Below, in pieces: positions 37,208 through 46,879 of a stretch of 64,000 bases of DNA. The stretch spans positions 28,848 to 92,847 of IMG/VR virus record IMGVR_UViG_3300021962_000055. One strand, written 5' to 3'. The position numbers were made by a program, and so were the translations under genes. Below the pieces are notes generated by a model. That model made no database searches, had not been told where the DNA came from, and worked only from the letters and a program-made list of their open reading frames with translations. Origin of the DNA: a virus. How positions within the stretch are numbered: position 1 is the stretch's first letter; each line of letters begins with the position of its first letter.

Positions 37208-38905
37208 TTATTCTTCGTCCGGTACACGGCGCTGGGCGAACCTAGCTCCGTATGCCTTTGCAACTATGTTGTTAATCATTCCCGCATCTGGAGCAACGGC
37301 GGTGGCCGTTACGCCAGGCAGGGGCCCCTGTTCGGGGCTTGGGCTCCCTGCACTTGTTACATTAGCACCTCCGGCGGGTACCGTGCTGGTACCGTCGGGT
37401 CCTGGTAACAAACCTGTAAACATCATTACAGCTTGATTGATTTGGGCTGTAAGCATATCTAGCGCACCTTGGTCAATGGCGTCATCACGAAGTTCTTCAA
37501 AGATCTCGGCAAGCTTCTCACGGGGGAACTCTTCACCAAGAGCGCGTAGGGCGCCTTCTTTGGATTCCAACCCAAGGGCCATCTTGGCCTGCACTTCATT
37601 TAGTTTAATGAGTACATCAACAGGCAACGGCTCTGGCCAGTGGATTTGTGTTTTGTATGTCAGCGGGTCGGATGGGTCTAGCTGTGGAAGCTGATCCATT
37701 TCAGGTGGTTCGCCCAATGCAGGGTTATACATTAAGGATTCGGGGCTGAACACAGCTGCGGTACGTATGATCAGCTCGTTTACTTTTTCCAAACCTTTAG
37801 TAAAGTGGATACGCTTCATGTGGAAGCGGTTCATCATTGGCTGGTATTGGATGGCTAGAGCCACACCTGAGGTGTTGGATACGGGCTGGAATTGACCTAG
37901 AGCGGTCTCAGGCACACCTGTAATTTCATGCATTGTGCGCTTTAAAAATTCAATGTACTGAAGTGCCCCAGCCATCTCACCCCGTGATTCAAGGTTGAAC
38001 ACTGAAGCGTCTTTAGGTAGACCTGCCCATACCTTCTTTGGCCCTCGCTCCAGTTGGCTGGCCTTGGCTCCAGTAATAATGGTTACTGGAGCAGCGTGGT
38101 AGTTGATGATGTCCGAAACCTCGGTCATCTTTTCGTTTAGCTCCCTGTTTAAGGGAATTACGTCCCAGATATCCGACTGTCCCCATGGGGATGAAGAGAT
38201 CGTCATGTTAGGGATGTGGACAATGGGGATCTGACCTAGAGGGTTTTCATATTGATCAATGAGCTCATCGTTGATGTATTGCTCGATAACTTCGTCTGTA
38301 GAAATCTCCGTAAAGGTATAAACCTGTCGGGTGCCCTCGGGGCTGGTGCCCCAGAATCGGTACTTAAGCTTGAACCGCATGATGCGGTCGCGGTCGTGGG
38401 GGTGGTATTCGGGGAAGCAGTGAGAAGGGTTCAGGGGAATAACCCGGATCCGTCCCTCGTGGGTAATACCAAGCGGGTCGACATAGGGCTCTTCGTACGC
38501 TACCTTGACAAAGCAGTCACCAGTAACACTGGCCAGCTGGCCCATTTCCCAAAGAACATAATGCTTTGAGTTATCTACTTCCCAAACTTTATGTAAAAGG
38601 TGGGGGATAACAGCACCGTTCTGGTTTGGTACTTTCCACTGAACACCCTTGCCAAAACAAAAGTTTGTAATGTAATCCGACATGGTTCGGATATAGTTCA
38701 TCGTGATGTTCTGCTCGCCCATCTCACGGCGATATGACCAGTGGTGCCCTAGGTACCAAGCCCAGCAGGTGGAGTACCTGTTCAATCGGGGTCCGTGTAC
38801 TTCGAACTCTTCGTCTGCAAGTTCGACCAACCCCAATGGGGATATGGCAACCGTGAGGTCACTCGACGAAGCCCTGTAGCTTGGTGACCAAAAATCAATC
38901 GGCAT
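37208..38905 (-). CDS. portal protein (SPP1 gp6-like)
   Basis: ENPLG.IP.VHIPN...WG.SD, SGVAL. Confidence 0.9.
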   Translation of the reverse strand: MPIDFWSPSYRASSSDLTVAISPLGLVELADEEFEVHGPRLNRYSTCWAWYLGHHWSYRREMGEQNITMNYIRTMSDYITNFCFGKGVQWKVPNQNGAVIPHLLHKVWEVDNSKHYVLWEMGQLASVTGDCFVKVAYEEPYVDPLGITHEGRIRVIPLNPSHCFPEYHPHDRDRIMRFKLKYRFWGTSPEGTRQVYTFTEISTDEVIEQYINDELIDQYENPLGQIPIVHIPNMTISSSPWGQSDIWDVIPLNRELNEKMTEVSDIINYHAAPVTIITGAKASQLERGPKKVWAGLPKDASVFNLESRGEMAGALQYIEFLKRTMHEITGVPETALGQFQPVSNTSGVALAIQYQPMMNRFHMKRIHFTKGLEKVNELIIRTAAVFSPESLMYNPALGEPPEMDQLPQLDPSDPLTYKTQIHWPEPLPVDVLIKLNEVQAKMALGLESKEGALRALGEEFPREKLAEIFEELRDDAIDQGALDMLTAQINQAVMMFTGLLPGPDGTSTVPAGGANVTSAGSPSPEQGPLPGVTATAVAPDAGMINNIVAKAYGARFAQRRVPDEE

Positions 38906-39239
38906 TCAAACCCCTGGTGTTTGTTTCTTTTACGATGAGTGGAAGGATATCACTCGGCACATCGATGTACGTTACAGATTGTATCATCCCACTTGGGATA
39001 TGGGCCGGATTGCTGTAGTAAACCTGGTTGTCTTCGTTCTTGTCAAGAAGTATGGTGCCAGCCAGGGTTATATGTTTATCCAGCATGCCAGGGACTACCC
39101 AACCAATGCTAATTGGTCTTACAAACTGGGGCTTATAGTCTCTGGGGTCAACCCATCCAGTGGGACCGTCAAAGGCGTCTAACCATTCAATAATGGCTAG
39201 CCGTGGTTGTTCTTCAGATTTCCGTTTCTTTTTGGGCAT
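38895..39239 (-). CDS. hypothetical phage protein (WxDA...GW...IP.GMI family)
   Basis: Start taken at MPKKK. Confidence 0.6.
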   Translation of the reverse strand: MPKKKRKSEEQPRLAIIEWLDAFDGPTGWVDPRDYKPQFVRPISIGWVVPGMLDKHITLAGTILLDKNEDNQVYYSNPAHIPSGMIQSVTYIDVPSDILPLIVKETNTRGLNAD

Positions 39240-40371
39240 AGTAAAACTTCCCTCTGAAGAACGCCGTCCCGTTATGGAACGGTACTTGCTCGTAGAAAAA
39301 ACTGCCATCTCCAGGTTCATATGTTACTACGCCTACGCCCTGCTGCCAGTCCTCAACAATGGTCATTGGGCGCCCATCCAGATCGATTGATCCTTTTGTA
39401 CTTGGTACAGTACCGTCACACCTAGCTAGCGTTCCGGGTGACGCGGCCATGATGGTCTTTGGTCCATCGTAATCTTCACGAGACCGTTCAGCCCACTCAC
39501 GTCGGTGAATGTGGCCGTAGATGACGGATGTCTTTTCCGTGCCGAGGTATGCGTGAGCCGTGGAACCGTTCGATCGTACCTTGGTGCCGTGGATGATGCG
39601 AAGTCGTTGGTTGACCCAAAACTGACCGGCTGGGTATCCCGGTATGTACTCCACATTGAAATCATCAAACTTACAAAGGTAAGGAACGCTAAGAACAGGC
39701 CAGCTGTCAGGAGTGTTGCCACGACGTAGAGAAAACGCTGCTTTTGCATTATCGATAACATAGTTAACCAACCTTTCCTCGTGGTTTCCGGCAAGCCACA
39801 CAATCCTGGCTCGTGGTGCCGCCATCCGAAGTTGCGCGCAGAGTGTGGTAGCCCTGTCAATTGACGCTTGTGTGGTTAGGGCGTACGCGCTACTCAGCCT
39901 GTACTTACCAAACTCTGGTAGGTCTAGGTTGTCCCCTACCAACACCACCAAATCGGGGTTTGTCGACTGGATGATGGACAGAGCCATTTCGATAGCCGCT
40001 TCATCTTGGGTTGGTTCCAGATCGCCATTTGCATTTCTGAAATACCCAATCTGCATGTCTGGTAAGACGACGCAGGTCTCGTAGCCATTTGTGTTTGTAC
40101 TTGGTTTGGGGGCTTTCAAGGACATCTTGACTGCAGGCCCAGGCTGTACTACTGGCCATTGTGGTCCAGCCTCAAACGCTGGGCTGAACTGGATGCCCAT
40201 GAGGTCATGTACCTCAGCCTCACCTTCGTCGTTCTTTGTGAGAGACTGGTATAGGGAGACACGCTTAACGGCACCGATCTCATCTACATCGATGTCGTTG
40301 CGCTTGAGTAGTTCTGCGATTTTACCTAGAGCGTATTTAGAGTTGCCCAAATCCTTTGACAGGTCAGTCAC
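39214..40371 (-). CDS. calcineurin-like metallophosphoesterase
   Basis: PDMQ, GDNLD, GNHE, HG, GHIH. Confidence 0.9.
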   Translation of the reverse strand: MTDLSKDLGNSKYALGKIAELLKRNDIDVDEIGAVKRVSLYQSLTKNDEGEAEVHDLMGIQFSPAFEAGPQWPVVQPGPAVKMSLKAPKPSTNTNGYETCVVLPDMQIGYFRNANGDLEPTQDEAAIEMALSIIQSTNPDLVVLVGDNLDLPEFGKYRLSSAYALTTQASIDRATTLCAQLRMAAPRARIVWLAGNHEERLVNYVIDNAKAAFSLRRGNTPDSWPVLSVPYLCKFDDFNVEYIPGYPAGQFWVNQRLRIIHGTKVRSNGSTAHAYLGTEKTSVIYGHIHRREWAERSREDYDGPKTIMAASPGTLARCDGTVPSTKGSIDLDGRPMTIVEDWQQGVGVVTYEPGDGSFFYEQVPFHNGTAFFRGKFYYAQKETEI

Positions 40372-40639
40372 AACGGCACCTCTTTGCTACGTGTCGAGAA
40401 ACGGTACTTTCACTGATGTCGTATTTGTGTTTACGCAAAACGCCAGTTAACCAACGAGCAGAGTAAACCTTGGATCGACCAGACCCTTCGTCTTCTCTAA
40501 TCATGTCAATTGCCCGATCCAAAGCCATTGCTTCGTCTTCGGTCATTTGGTTTCTGACTTTTGTTAAACCGCACACCGTCTTAGAGTCTTGCTCTTTTGG
40601 TGAAGCAAGATCCTCTGATAGTGAGGATTCTTGAACCAT
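40364..40639 (-). CDS. small HTH-like protein
   Basis: SARWL...L....YDISESTVSRH...C.C; AGGAG RBS. Confidence 0.6.
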   Translation of the reverse strand: MVQESSLSEDLASPKEQDSKTVCGLTKVRNQMTEDEAMALDRAIDMIREDEGSGRSKVYSARWLTGVLRKHKYDISESTVSRHVAKRCRCD

Positions 40640-40663
40640 GTTGTGCTCCTATTGTGCTTCAGG

Positions 40664-40834
40664 TCATGCGACCTTTGTGCTTGATTCAGTATACACATTC
40701 TTGACTTTGGTGCTGCGCTTAATCTGCGCGTTTATTTTCCCCATCAACTTAACAAGCTCGTCTTCATCCTCAAACCCACGTACGGGCACGCGCGACAAGT
40801 AATGGAGAATTGTTTGTAGGTCATTGACAGTCAT
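40664..40834 (-). CDS. 56-aa hypothetical protein (MTVNDLQTILHYLSRV...)
   Basis: AGGAG RBS; not in ORF track. Confidence 0.55.
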   Translation of the reverse strand: MTVNDLQTILHYLSRVPVRGFEDEDELVKLMGKINAQIKRSTKVKNVYTESSTKVA

Positions 40835-40902
40835 GGTAACTCCTGGAGTGCTCTGGGTGAGTCACTGTACCAGACCTTGTCAAGTACGCGGTTCAGGAAA
40901 GC

Positions 40903-40933
40903 AAAAAGGGGCGGGGGATTAACCCCGCCCCTT
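40903..40933 (-). terminator. intrinsic terminator
   Basis: AAGGGGCGGGG-loop-CCCCGCCCCTTTTT. Confidence 0.85.
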
Positions 40934-40954
40934 CTCTCCTTGTCGGTGGATCTA

Positions 40955-41356
40955 TCAGTCGTAGACGACTGTGGGGTTCGGCCTGTTCATGTGCCCACCC
41001 GTTCCAAAGGCATACTCAAACTGGGGCATGCTTTCACCTGACATGGTACCTTGCAAGAAATCTCCAAGCATCTCTGGGGCTTCAATCCATGAAGCGGAAC
41101 CAACGTGAGCACGCTCGCGCATGGTCTCCTCAGCGTACTTGTAGAACATCTCAGGGTTGTTGTGGTTCATGCGCATGCGAGAGGGAGCGGTGTCCTCATA
41201 TGCACCAACACCGAAATCCATGGGGACGTCGGTATCACTTTCGATACCCTCCTGGAAACGCTGAGGGCCCCTGTTGCCGGGGATGCTTGGAGCGAGGGTA
41301 CGCTCGAACATGGGCGTTCCCTTTTCTGGGAACATGGGGTTGGGAGCTACGGCCAT
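40955..41356 (-). CDS. hypothetical protein, probably highly expressed
   Basis: AGGAGG RBS, own terminator. Confidence 0.7.
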   Translation of the reverse strand: MAVAPNPMFPEKGTPMFERTLAPSIPGNRGPQRFQEGIESDTDVPMDFGVGAYEDTAPSRMRMNHNNPEMFYKYAEETMRERAHVGSASWIEAPEMLGDFLQGTMSGESMPQFEYAFGTGGHMNRPNPTVVYD

Positions 41357-41405
41357 ATGTATCCTCCTACGAATACGATGTCTGATTAAATATTAGCACC
41401 TTTTG

Positions 41406-42983
41406 TCACCTTCCGAAGAAGGGCGACTCGCTGACAGTTATTGAAGGCATTGTATCTTGTACAGATAGTGAACAGGCGATTGCTAGGGAATCTGGGAAGT
41501 CGTCGAAAGCCCCCTTTTCGTCCGGGGCTGCCGCCAGCAAATACGGGCCTCGATAAACTTTTTCAAGATCCAGCATTTGTTGGTTGAACTTCTTCCATAT
41601 CTTAGTACGTCTGGCTTTAGAGTGCCCAGGAACGATCAATTGATTACGTTGTATAAGTTCTGTTAGGTGTACCCAACGTTCGTTCTGTGCTTTGGAATCT
41701 GAAGATACGGCAGATACCTCAATGTGGGGCATCAAGATCTGCAGACGTTCTGCTACGGCTCCACCAACACCTTGGGCATCGACTCCAATTCGATATACGT
41801 CGTAGTTACGCACAAAGTCAACTATCTCAAAGTACTGCTGTTCCCATTCGGTGTTGTTTATCTCCAACCAGTTGAGAACACGGTGTTCGTAGAAACCAAA
41901 TCCGTCTGGGTGATCCCAGTCAACCCACACCGCCGTGACAACGGTTGAGTCGTTTGTTCTGGCTACGTCGATGCCAACAACAATAGGTGTGCGCCACCAT
42001 TGTTTTACCAGGGGCATTGATGGGTCATACAGCTGGGTAAGACGCTCGTCTGTTACAAACATTCCCTTTTCGAGAATCCATTTGTTGCAGTAGGACATTT
42101 GGAATTCGTCTGAATCCTCGCCAATACGCACCTTTTCTTTGGCAATGAACTTGGCGTAGTTTGGGTTGTACTTAGAAGCTGTACGCCAGTCATACTCGAA
42201 GTGGGCCTGACGGTGGTTTCGCTTACCGTTGATATCGCGCCGTTTGTTATATTGGATCATCTTGTAAAAGTACGACTTGTTACGAGTAGCCGTGCCAGTC
42301 AAGACAATCGATCCGTTGTTGAACGCCAACATGGGCTTGATTGACTTGGTGATCATGAATTCGTCGGCTTCCTGGGCCTCGTCAATGAGCACGAAATGGT
42401 AGGTCTTTGATTCGATCTTGGCCTTTGGGTTACAGGTTTGCATACGGCAAAGTGACCCCGAATGCTTGAGGCTTATTATGCGCCCCTTACCTCGCGAACC
42501 ACCTGAAGTAGCTTTGTCATCGATCTCCGGATCGAGAAGAAAGTCCAATGCATGATCGCTAGTAAGCTTGCTAACGATACGGCTAAAAACCGTATCAGCT
42601 TGGTCTTCAACGGGCGCGAATACACCACACCAAAACCCCTTTTCAAACTTACCCAACCAAGTTGGGTACACCTTAGATAGCTTGGGAAGGATGACCATCA
42701 TTGCGGCCATCACATTAGAAAGTACTTCGGATTTACCTGACTGGCGGGTTGCCACCAGGGTTACCTCTTCACCGTCACCGAGAACTATTGATTCGATAAT
42801 GCGGTAAGCAATAGGTATTTGGTAAGGAAACAGTTTTACGTTACAGAATTCTTCTGTAAACAGAATTAATTTGTAAATTAATTGATCTACAAATTCTGCT
42901 GACGTCTCATCAAGTTCTTCAGAGTCGTCAGCAAATTGATCTTGCTCCTCGTCAAGGAGACCCTCAGCCGTTAGGTTGTCCAT
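41406..42983 (-). CDS. terL: terminase large subunit
   Basis: RQSGKS, LIDEAQ, LTGT, GIDVA, DDFPDSLA. Confidence 0.95.
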   Translation of the reverse strand: MDNLTAEGLLDEEQDQFADDSEELDETSAEFVDQLIYKLILFTEEFCNVKLFPYQIPIAYRIIESIVLGDGEEVTLVATRQSGKSEVLSNVMAAMMVILPKLSKVYPTWLGKFEKGFWCGVFAPVEDQADTVFSRIVSKLTSDHALDFLLDPEIDDKATSGGSRGKGRIISLKHSGSLCRMQTCNPKAKIESKTYHFVLIDEAQEADEFMITKSIKPMLAFNNGSIVLTGTATRNKSYFYKMIQYNKRRDINGKRNHRQAHFEYDWRTASKYNPNYAKFIAKEKVRIGEDSDEFQMSYCNKWILEKGMFVTDERLTQLYDPSMPLVKQWWRTPIVVGIDVARTNDSTVVTAVWVDWDHPDGFGFYEHRVLNWLEINNTEWEQQYFEIVDFVRNYDVYRIGVDAQGVGGAVAERLQILMPHIEVSAVSSDSKAQNERWVHLTELIQRNQLIVPGHSKARRTKIWKKFNQQMLDLEKVYRGPYLLAAAPDEKGAFDDFPDSLAIACSLSVQDTMPSITVSESPFFGR

Positions 42984-43212
42984 GTTCCCTGGAAATCAAT
43001 TCTCTCCACATTTCGTTAGCAGCCTCAAGCTGCTTTGAAAACTCGGAGGCTGGCTCTCCTCGGTACCTCCAACCGTCATAGGTTGAACCGAGCGCCATAA
43101 GGGTGCTATTGAGCCACTGGTGAAGTTCGGGAGTACTCATTTTATTGATACGTGAAATGGAAGACCCAGGGTTTTTTGACCCCTCATCTCGTGGCCGCAT
43201 AAACAGCTTCAT
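42964..43212 (-). CDS. hypothetical protein
   Basis: ATGA-coupled; overlaps terL start. Confidence 0.55.
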   Translation of the reverse strand: MKLFMRPRDEGSKNPGSSISRINKMSTPELHQWLNSTLMALGSTYDGWRYRGEPASEFSKQLEAANEMWRELISREHGQPNG

Positions 43213-43478
43213 TTCCAACCTCTGATATCCCGTAAAGGCGCTTCCATTTCCCTAGCTTGCATAGCATACAACAGACCGTTGGTGTCATCAAGTTCTTTTG
43301 GTTTCCCACATAGCCCAATCTGGAATACATACTTACCAAAGCGCATTTGAATACCAGTTCCGGTCAACCATGGTGCTGATGTTTGGCGCATAAATCCACG
43401 GGATACAACTTTTGTTTTCTTTTTTCCCGTGTTTTTTAGAATCCAATAGACATTTTTTACGACGTATAAGTTGTTCAT
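43209..43478 (-). CDS. hypothetical protein
   Basis: ORF track; fills operon. Confidence 0.55.
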   Translation of the reverse strand: MNNLYVVKNVYWILKNTGKKKTKVVSRGFMRQTSAPWLTGTGIQMRFGKYVFQIGLCGKPKELDDTNGLLYAMQAREMEAPLRDIRGWK

Positions 43479-43489
43479 ATTTTTTTTTA

Positions 43490-44305
43490 TTACCCTTGGT
43501 CACCAAACAGCTTACGCTTGAGATCTTCCAATATGTCTTCTCCACCAGAGATTACACGATCTTTAGCAGCACGTTCTGCTTTTTTCTGAGCTCGAGTAGC
43601 CCTGCTAAGACGTCTAGCTTCTTTTGTGCTCTTGCGGCCAGACTCCGTAATGTCTGCGCGAGCAAGAACTTCCGCGTAGGTTTTACTTTCATTTCCTGGA
43701 CGACCACTATTAAGTTCTCCAAGCATGTTTGCGAACAACCCTGACTCAGAGGGGTGTAGCCCAGAATGCTTACTACCATCAGCTTTGGTGTAAGGGCGCC
43801 CACCGTTTAGGGCATTGATACCTTTTCCAAATGATGACCCGTACTTTAACGTCTCCCATGTCTTTTGTTCTTGGTCTGGGTAAATGTACACCGAAGTTGG
43901 TTGCGTATTAGAGGGTCTGGCAAAAGCTGCCACGATGTCACCAAAGATATTACCCGTGTCAGTTTCTGCGTCTGATAGGTAAGTAGGAATCCACTGTAGT
44001 CCCCAGACTCTTGTTGATTGTTTAACTACAGCCCTGCTATAAAACTCTCGGTTTTTATCGGGCCTTTTTACACCACGCTTACTTCCAGTGGACTGCTTAA
44101 TTGGGTAGATGGTTTCCACTGGTGGTAGTGAAGGTCCAGCTGTTACGTAAGTTAACGATTCTTTGACTTGCTCAGGAGTAGCTGTTACTTCTCCACCGTA
44201 AAGTACTGACTCAGTGCGCTCCCCTATCTCTGGGGTGCTTTCTAGTATTTCTCCAAGGCTCTTACCAAGAGCTTTGCCACCGGAGCGGCTATCACCAATG
44301 GCCAT
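43490..44305 (-). CDS. hypothetical protein with KTSC-like domain
   Basis: STRV....W...DIV..F...VYIYP.....W..L....SFGK.IN. Confidence 0.5.
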   Translation of the reverse strand: MAIGDSRSGGKALGKSLGEILESTPEIGERTESVLYGGEVTATPEQVKESLTYVTAGPSLPPVETIYPIKQSTGSKRGVKRPDKNREFYSRAVVKQSTRVWGLQWIPTYLSDAETDTGNIFGDIVAAFARPSNTQPTSVYIYPDQEQKTWETLKYGSSFGKGINALNGGRPYTKADGSKHSGLHPSESGLFANMLGELNSGRPGNESKTYAEVLARADITESGRKSTKEARRLSRATRAQKKAERAAKDRVISGGEDILEDLKRKLFGDQG

Positions 44306-44307
44306 GA

Positions 44308-45462
44308 TCAGGTCTTAATGATGTAGTTGAGGATGATCGTTGGCTGGACGTTGTTGTGGAAACTGTTGTCGTTAACTCCGTTACCACCAATAATTGTGGT
44401 GTTAGCGGTTGATGGTCCCTCGGTAGCCGTGATGGCAGTGCCACTAGCGTCAACAGGAGTACCAGACCGTTGCTGATCGGTGATGCTGGTTACGCCGCCA
44501 GACTTACCAATCACGGCGTAACCAGTAGCAGTAGCTGGGTACTGAATGCTGTCGATCTGGACTAACGAACCAGAATAAAAATCCCAGTTAGGAGTCGACC
44601 CGCCCTGCCTTTGTAGGTAGCGGTTGGCAAGCACCTGTCCCGTGGTGCGCCCCTGCTCTGGGTGAGAGTGACCGCTATCAGAAAACGAGATGTTGTCGCC
44701 GTGACCGTGTGCAATACCATGTCGGTGTGAGCTAAGGCCGTGAGTGTGGCTGCTCAACCCGTGCTGGTGGGCAGGCATTTCAGCAGTAGACAACTTGTGG
44801 CTTTGGGCCCCTGTAGCGGTTCCAAGCGTCGTTGATGCCACGTTATTGAGGCGTGCTGCGCTAGTGCCCCCCATGTCGTCTTTGCCAGCTACTACTCGAC
44901 CACGAAGATCGGGTACTACCGCAGTATTGATGCCATCACCGCCATAAGTGCTGCCCAAGGCAGAAACAAGGTTAGGATACGTCGCAACATCGATAGATTG
45001 TCCATAGCAAAGTAGCCATCCTGAAGGGGCAGTAGTGCCAGCGTAAGGCATGATTGCGCCAGCCGGGATTACCTGTACCCAGGACACGCCGGTTGATTGA
45101 GTTGAGTCAGCCGTCAGTGAGGTTCCATTGGCACCCACCGACCGTTTGGCATAGGCGTTGTCGGCAGTACCAACAAGTAAGTCGCCCTTAGCGTCAATAG
45201 ACGCAGCAGTAAGAACTACACTAGTGTCTAAACCTAGTGTGACTGCGCCAGTCGTACCTCCACCAGTAAGCCCTGTTCCCGCGTTTACTTCGGTGATGTC
45301 TCCTGCAGCGGCAACTCCAAGGGAGTTCCACGCCGTTACACCGTCGCCAAACTTAATGGCTTTAGAGGTGCTTTCATACCCAAGTTCGCCCTCTGCCAAT
45401 ATTGGGTTAGCAGTTGACCACTCGGTGGCGGTACCCCGCCTAAACTGAATTCTTACTGCCAT
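44308..45462 (-). CDS. fibre protein, Mtd_N plus tail-collar domain
   Basis: IQFRRGTA.EW...NP.LA.GE.GYE; PAGAIMPYAG..AP.GWLLC.G. Confidence 0.85.
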   Translation of the reverse strand: MAVRIQFRRGTATEWSTANPILAEGELGYESTSKAIKFGDGVTAWNSLGVAAAGDITEVNAGTGLTGGGTTGAVTLGLDTSVVLTAASIDAKGDLLVGTADNAYAKRSVGANGTSLTADSTQSTGVSWVQVIPAGAIMPYAGTTAPSGWLLCYGQSIDVATYPNLVSALGSTYGGDGINTAVVPDLRGRVVAGKDDMGGTSAARLNNVASTTLGTATGAQSHKLSTAEMPAHQHGLSSHTHGLSSHRHGIAHGHGDNISFSDSGHSHPEQGRTTGQVLANRYLQRQGGSTPNWDFYSGSLVQIDSIQYPATATGYAVIGKSGGVTSITDQQRSGTPVDASGTAITATEGPSTANTTIIGGNGVNDNSFHNNVQPTIILNYIIKT

Positions 45463-45475
45463 TTAAGGCTCCTTG

Positions 45476-46291
45476 TCAGCCGAACATCTTCTTCCATGTT
45501 ACAGGACCGACAATGCCGTCTGCTTTTAGCCCGTTGGCGGTTTGCCAGGCCTTTAGGGCCTGCTCCGAACGGGGACCAAAATCTCCGTCAGCAGTAGCAC
45601 CAATGATGGCTTGTACCAAGGCAGCGGCTGGGCCTTTCGATCCACGCTGCACCGGAGTGCCGGGGTAATCGAACTTCATCGGGCCAGCCTCAGGAGAACC
45701 GCCGGAAGGGACAATAGCCTCCACAGGGGCTGCTACAGAACCGTCCGGGGTGTTGTCTCCAAGGCAGTACTGCCAGTGCCATGACTCGAATTCCTTGGAG
45801 TTCTTGTCGCCAGTCTGGAGGTAGAACCCCCACTTAGGGGCATTGGCGCACATCCATTCAAAGCATGCACCGCCCATCGACTGGAGCTTGCCGCCAGCCT
45901 CGTAACCCAGGTCAATGGCAAGTCCCCAACCGTGGTTGGAGCCCTTCTTGCCGGTTGGGTCTGGGGCTGCCGAAGGGGCCTTTCCTGGCTTTAGGTACCA
46001 AGTCTTACCCTCATATTGACGGGTAACCTGTGGACTCCTACCCCGGTCAACTGTCTCATATCGATCCATGAACATGTTTAGCTGCCCCTGGAATGACCGG
46101 TAGTCACCTACGTTCTTAAGCTTGTGACCAGCAGCTAGAGCGGCGTCGTACATCTTGTTAAACTGCTCAGCTACGGGCTTGTACATCAAGCCGCCTGTGT
46201 TTACCTTAGCAAGCAACTCCTGTGGCAGTTGGCCGTTCTTGTGCGCGGCAAGAGCTGAAGGAAGTACAAGCTTAATGTAGGGGTAGTTCAC
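45476..46291 (-). CDS. endolysin (M15 peptidase plus peptidoglycan-binding domain)
   Basis: YRS...Q, SNHGWGLAID, ESWHW; DG.FGP.....L..WQ...GL..DG.VGP.TW. Confidence 0.92.
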   Translation of the reverse strand: MNYPYIKLVLPSALAAHKNGQLPQELLAKVNTGGLMYKPVAEQFNKMYDAALAAGHKLKNVGDYRSFQGQLNMFMDRYETVDRGRSPQVTRQYEGKTWYLKPGKAPSAAPDPTGKKGSNHGWGLAIDLGYEAGGKLQSMGGACFEWMCANAPKWGFYLQTGDKNSKEFESWHWQYCLGDNTPDGSVAAPVEAIVPSGGSPEAGPMKFDYPGTPVQRGSKGPAAALVQAIIGATADGDFGPRSEQALKAWQTANGLKADGIVGPVTWKKMFG

Positions 46292-46476
46292 TTGGACCCC
46301 TTACCAAAGGCGCTATCGTTGGGGTTGAGGAACCGAAGAGCTACTGGAAGTGCGGCGGCCCAAAGAGCGTTTAGGGTTACCTTCCAGTCCTGAGTAGCGG
46401 CGTACGTCGAAACTGCAGCACCTAGAACGCTGCGGGCATACGACGCAATGAGGGCTTTATTTTCCTTTGTCAACAT
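46288..46476 (-). CDS. holin
   Basis: SYARS...2 TM...LR.LNP.D.AFG; coupled to endolysin. Confidence 0.8.
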   Translation of the reverse strand: MLTKENKALIASYARSVLGAAVSTYAATQDWKVTLNALWAAALPVALRFLNPNDSAFGKGSK

Positions 46477-46609
46477 TTGTGGCCTCCTTAGGGGCAGTCT
46501 TCATCGCATCAATTGTAGCCTCCAGCATGGCAATACGCTGGGCCTGAATGGCGATCTGTGTCGTCAGGGATTCTATTATCTTGTTAATATCTATCTGTAC
46601 GTCTGACAT
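46457..46609 (-). CDS. 50-aa coiled-coil protein (MSDVQIDINKIIESL...)
   Basis: AGGAG RBS; not in ORF track. Confidence 0.6.
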   Translation of the reverse strand: MSDVQIDINKIIESLTTQIAIQAQRIAMLEATIDAMKTAPKEATNVDKGK

Positions 46610-46651
46610 TTTCTTCTCCTATAATTCTCGTACTTTAATACTTGGGTCATT

Positions 46652-46879
46652 CTAGGGGCTATCCGGAAATTGCACTATTTCAGATGGAATCCAAGTTGCA
46701 GGAAAGTCTCGTAGTTGTTGGCGGTAGGTTGCCCAAGCCTGCTTATCTACGGGAACATCAGCAAGTTGCGTCCAGTCAGACGCAGTAAGGAGCGCATCAC
46801 GTTGAATACGCAAACGCTCAAATAGCCATTCATCGGGAATAATTTCAGAGTCGAATGGTCCTCGTAAATTAGTAAACAT
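46652..46879 (-). CDS. tail fibre assembly chaperone
   Basis: LR..RD.LL..SDWTQL.D.P....W..YRQ.LRD.P. Confidence 0.85.
   Translation of the reverse strand: MFTNLRGPFDSEIIPDEWLFERLRIQRDALLTASDWTQLADVPVDKQAWATYRQQLRDFPATWIPSEIVQFPDSP

Noticed and set aside
43480-43488. T9 homopolymer as a phase-variation site
   Set aside because: Intergenic, single occurrence; may be an A-rich initiation region or a sequencing artefact
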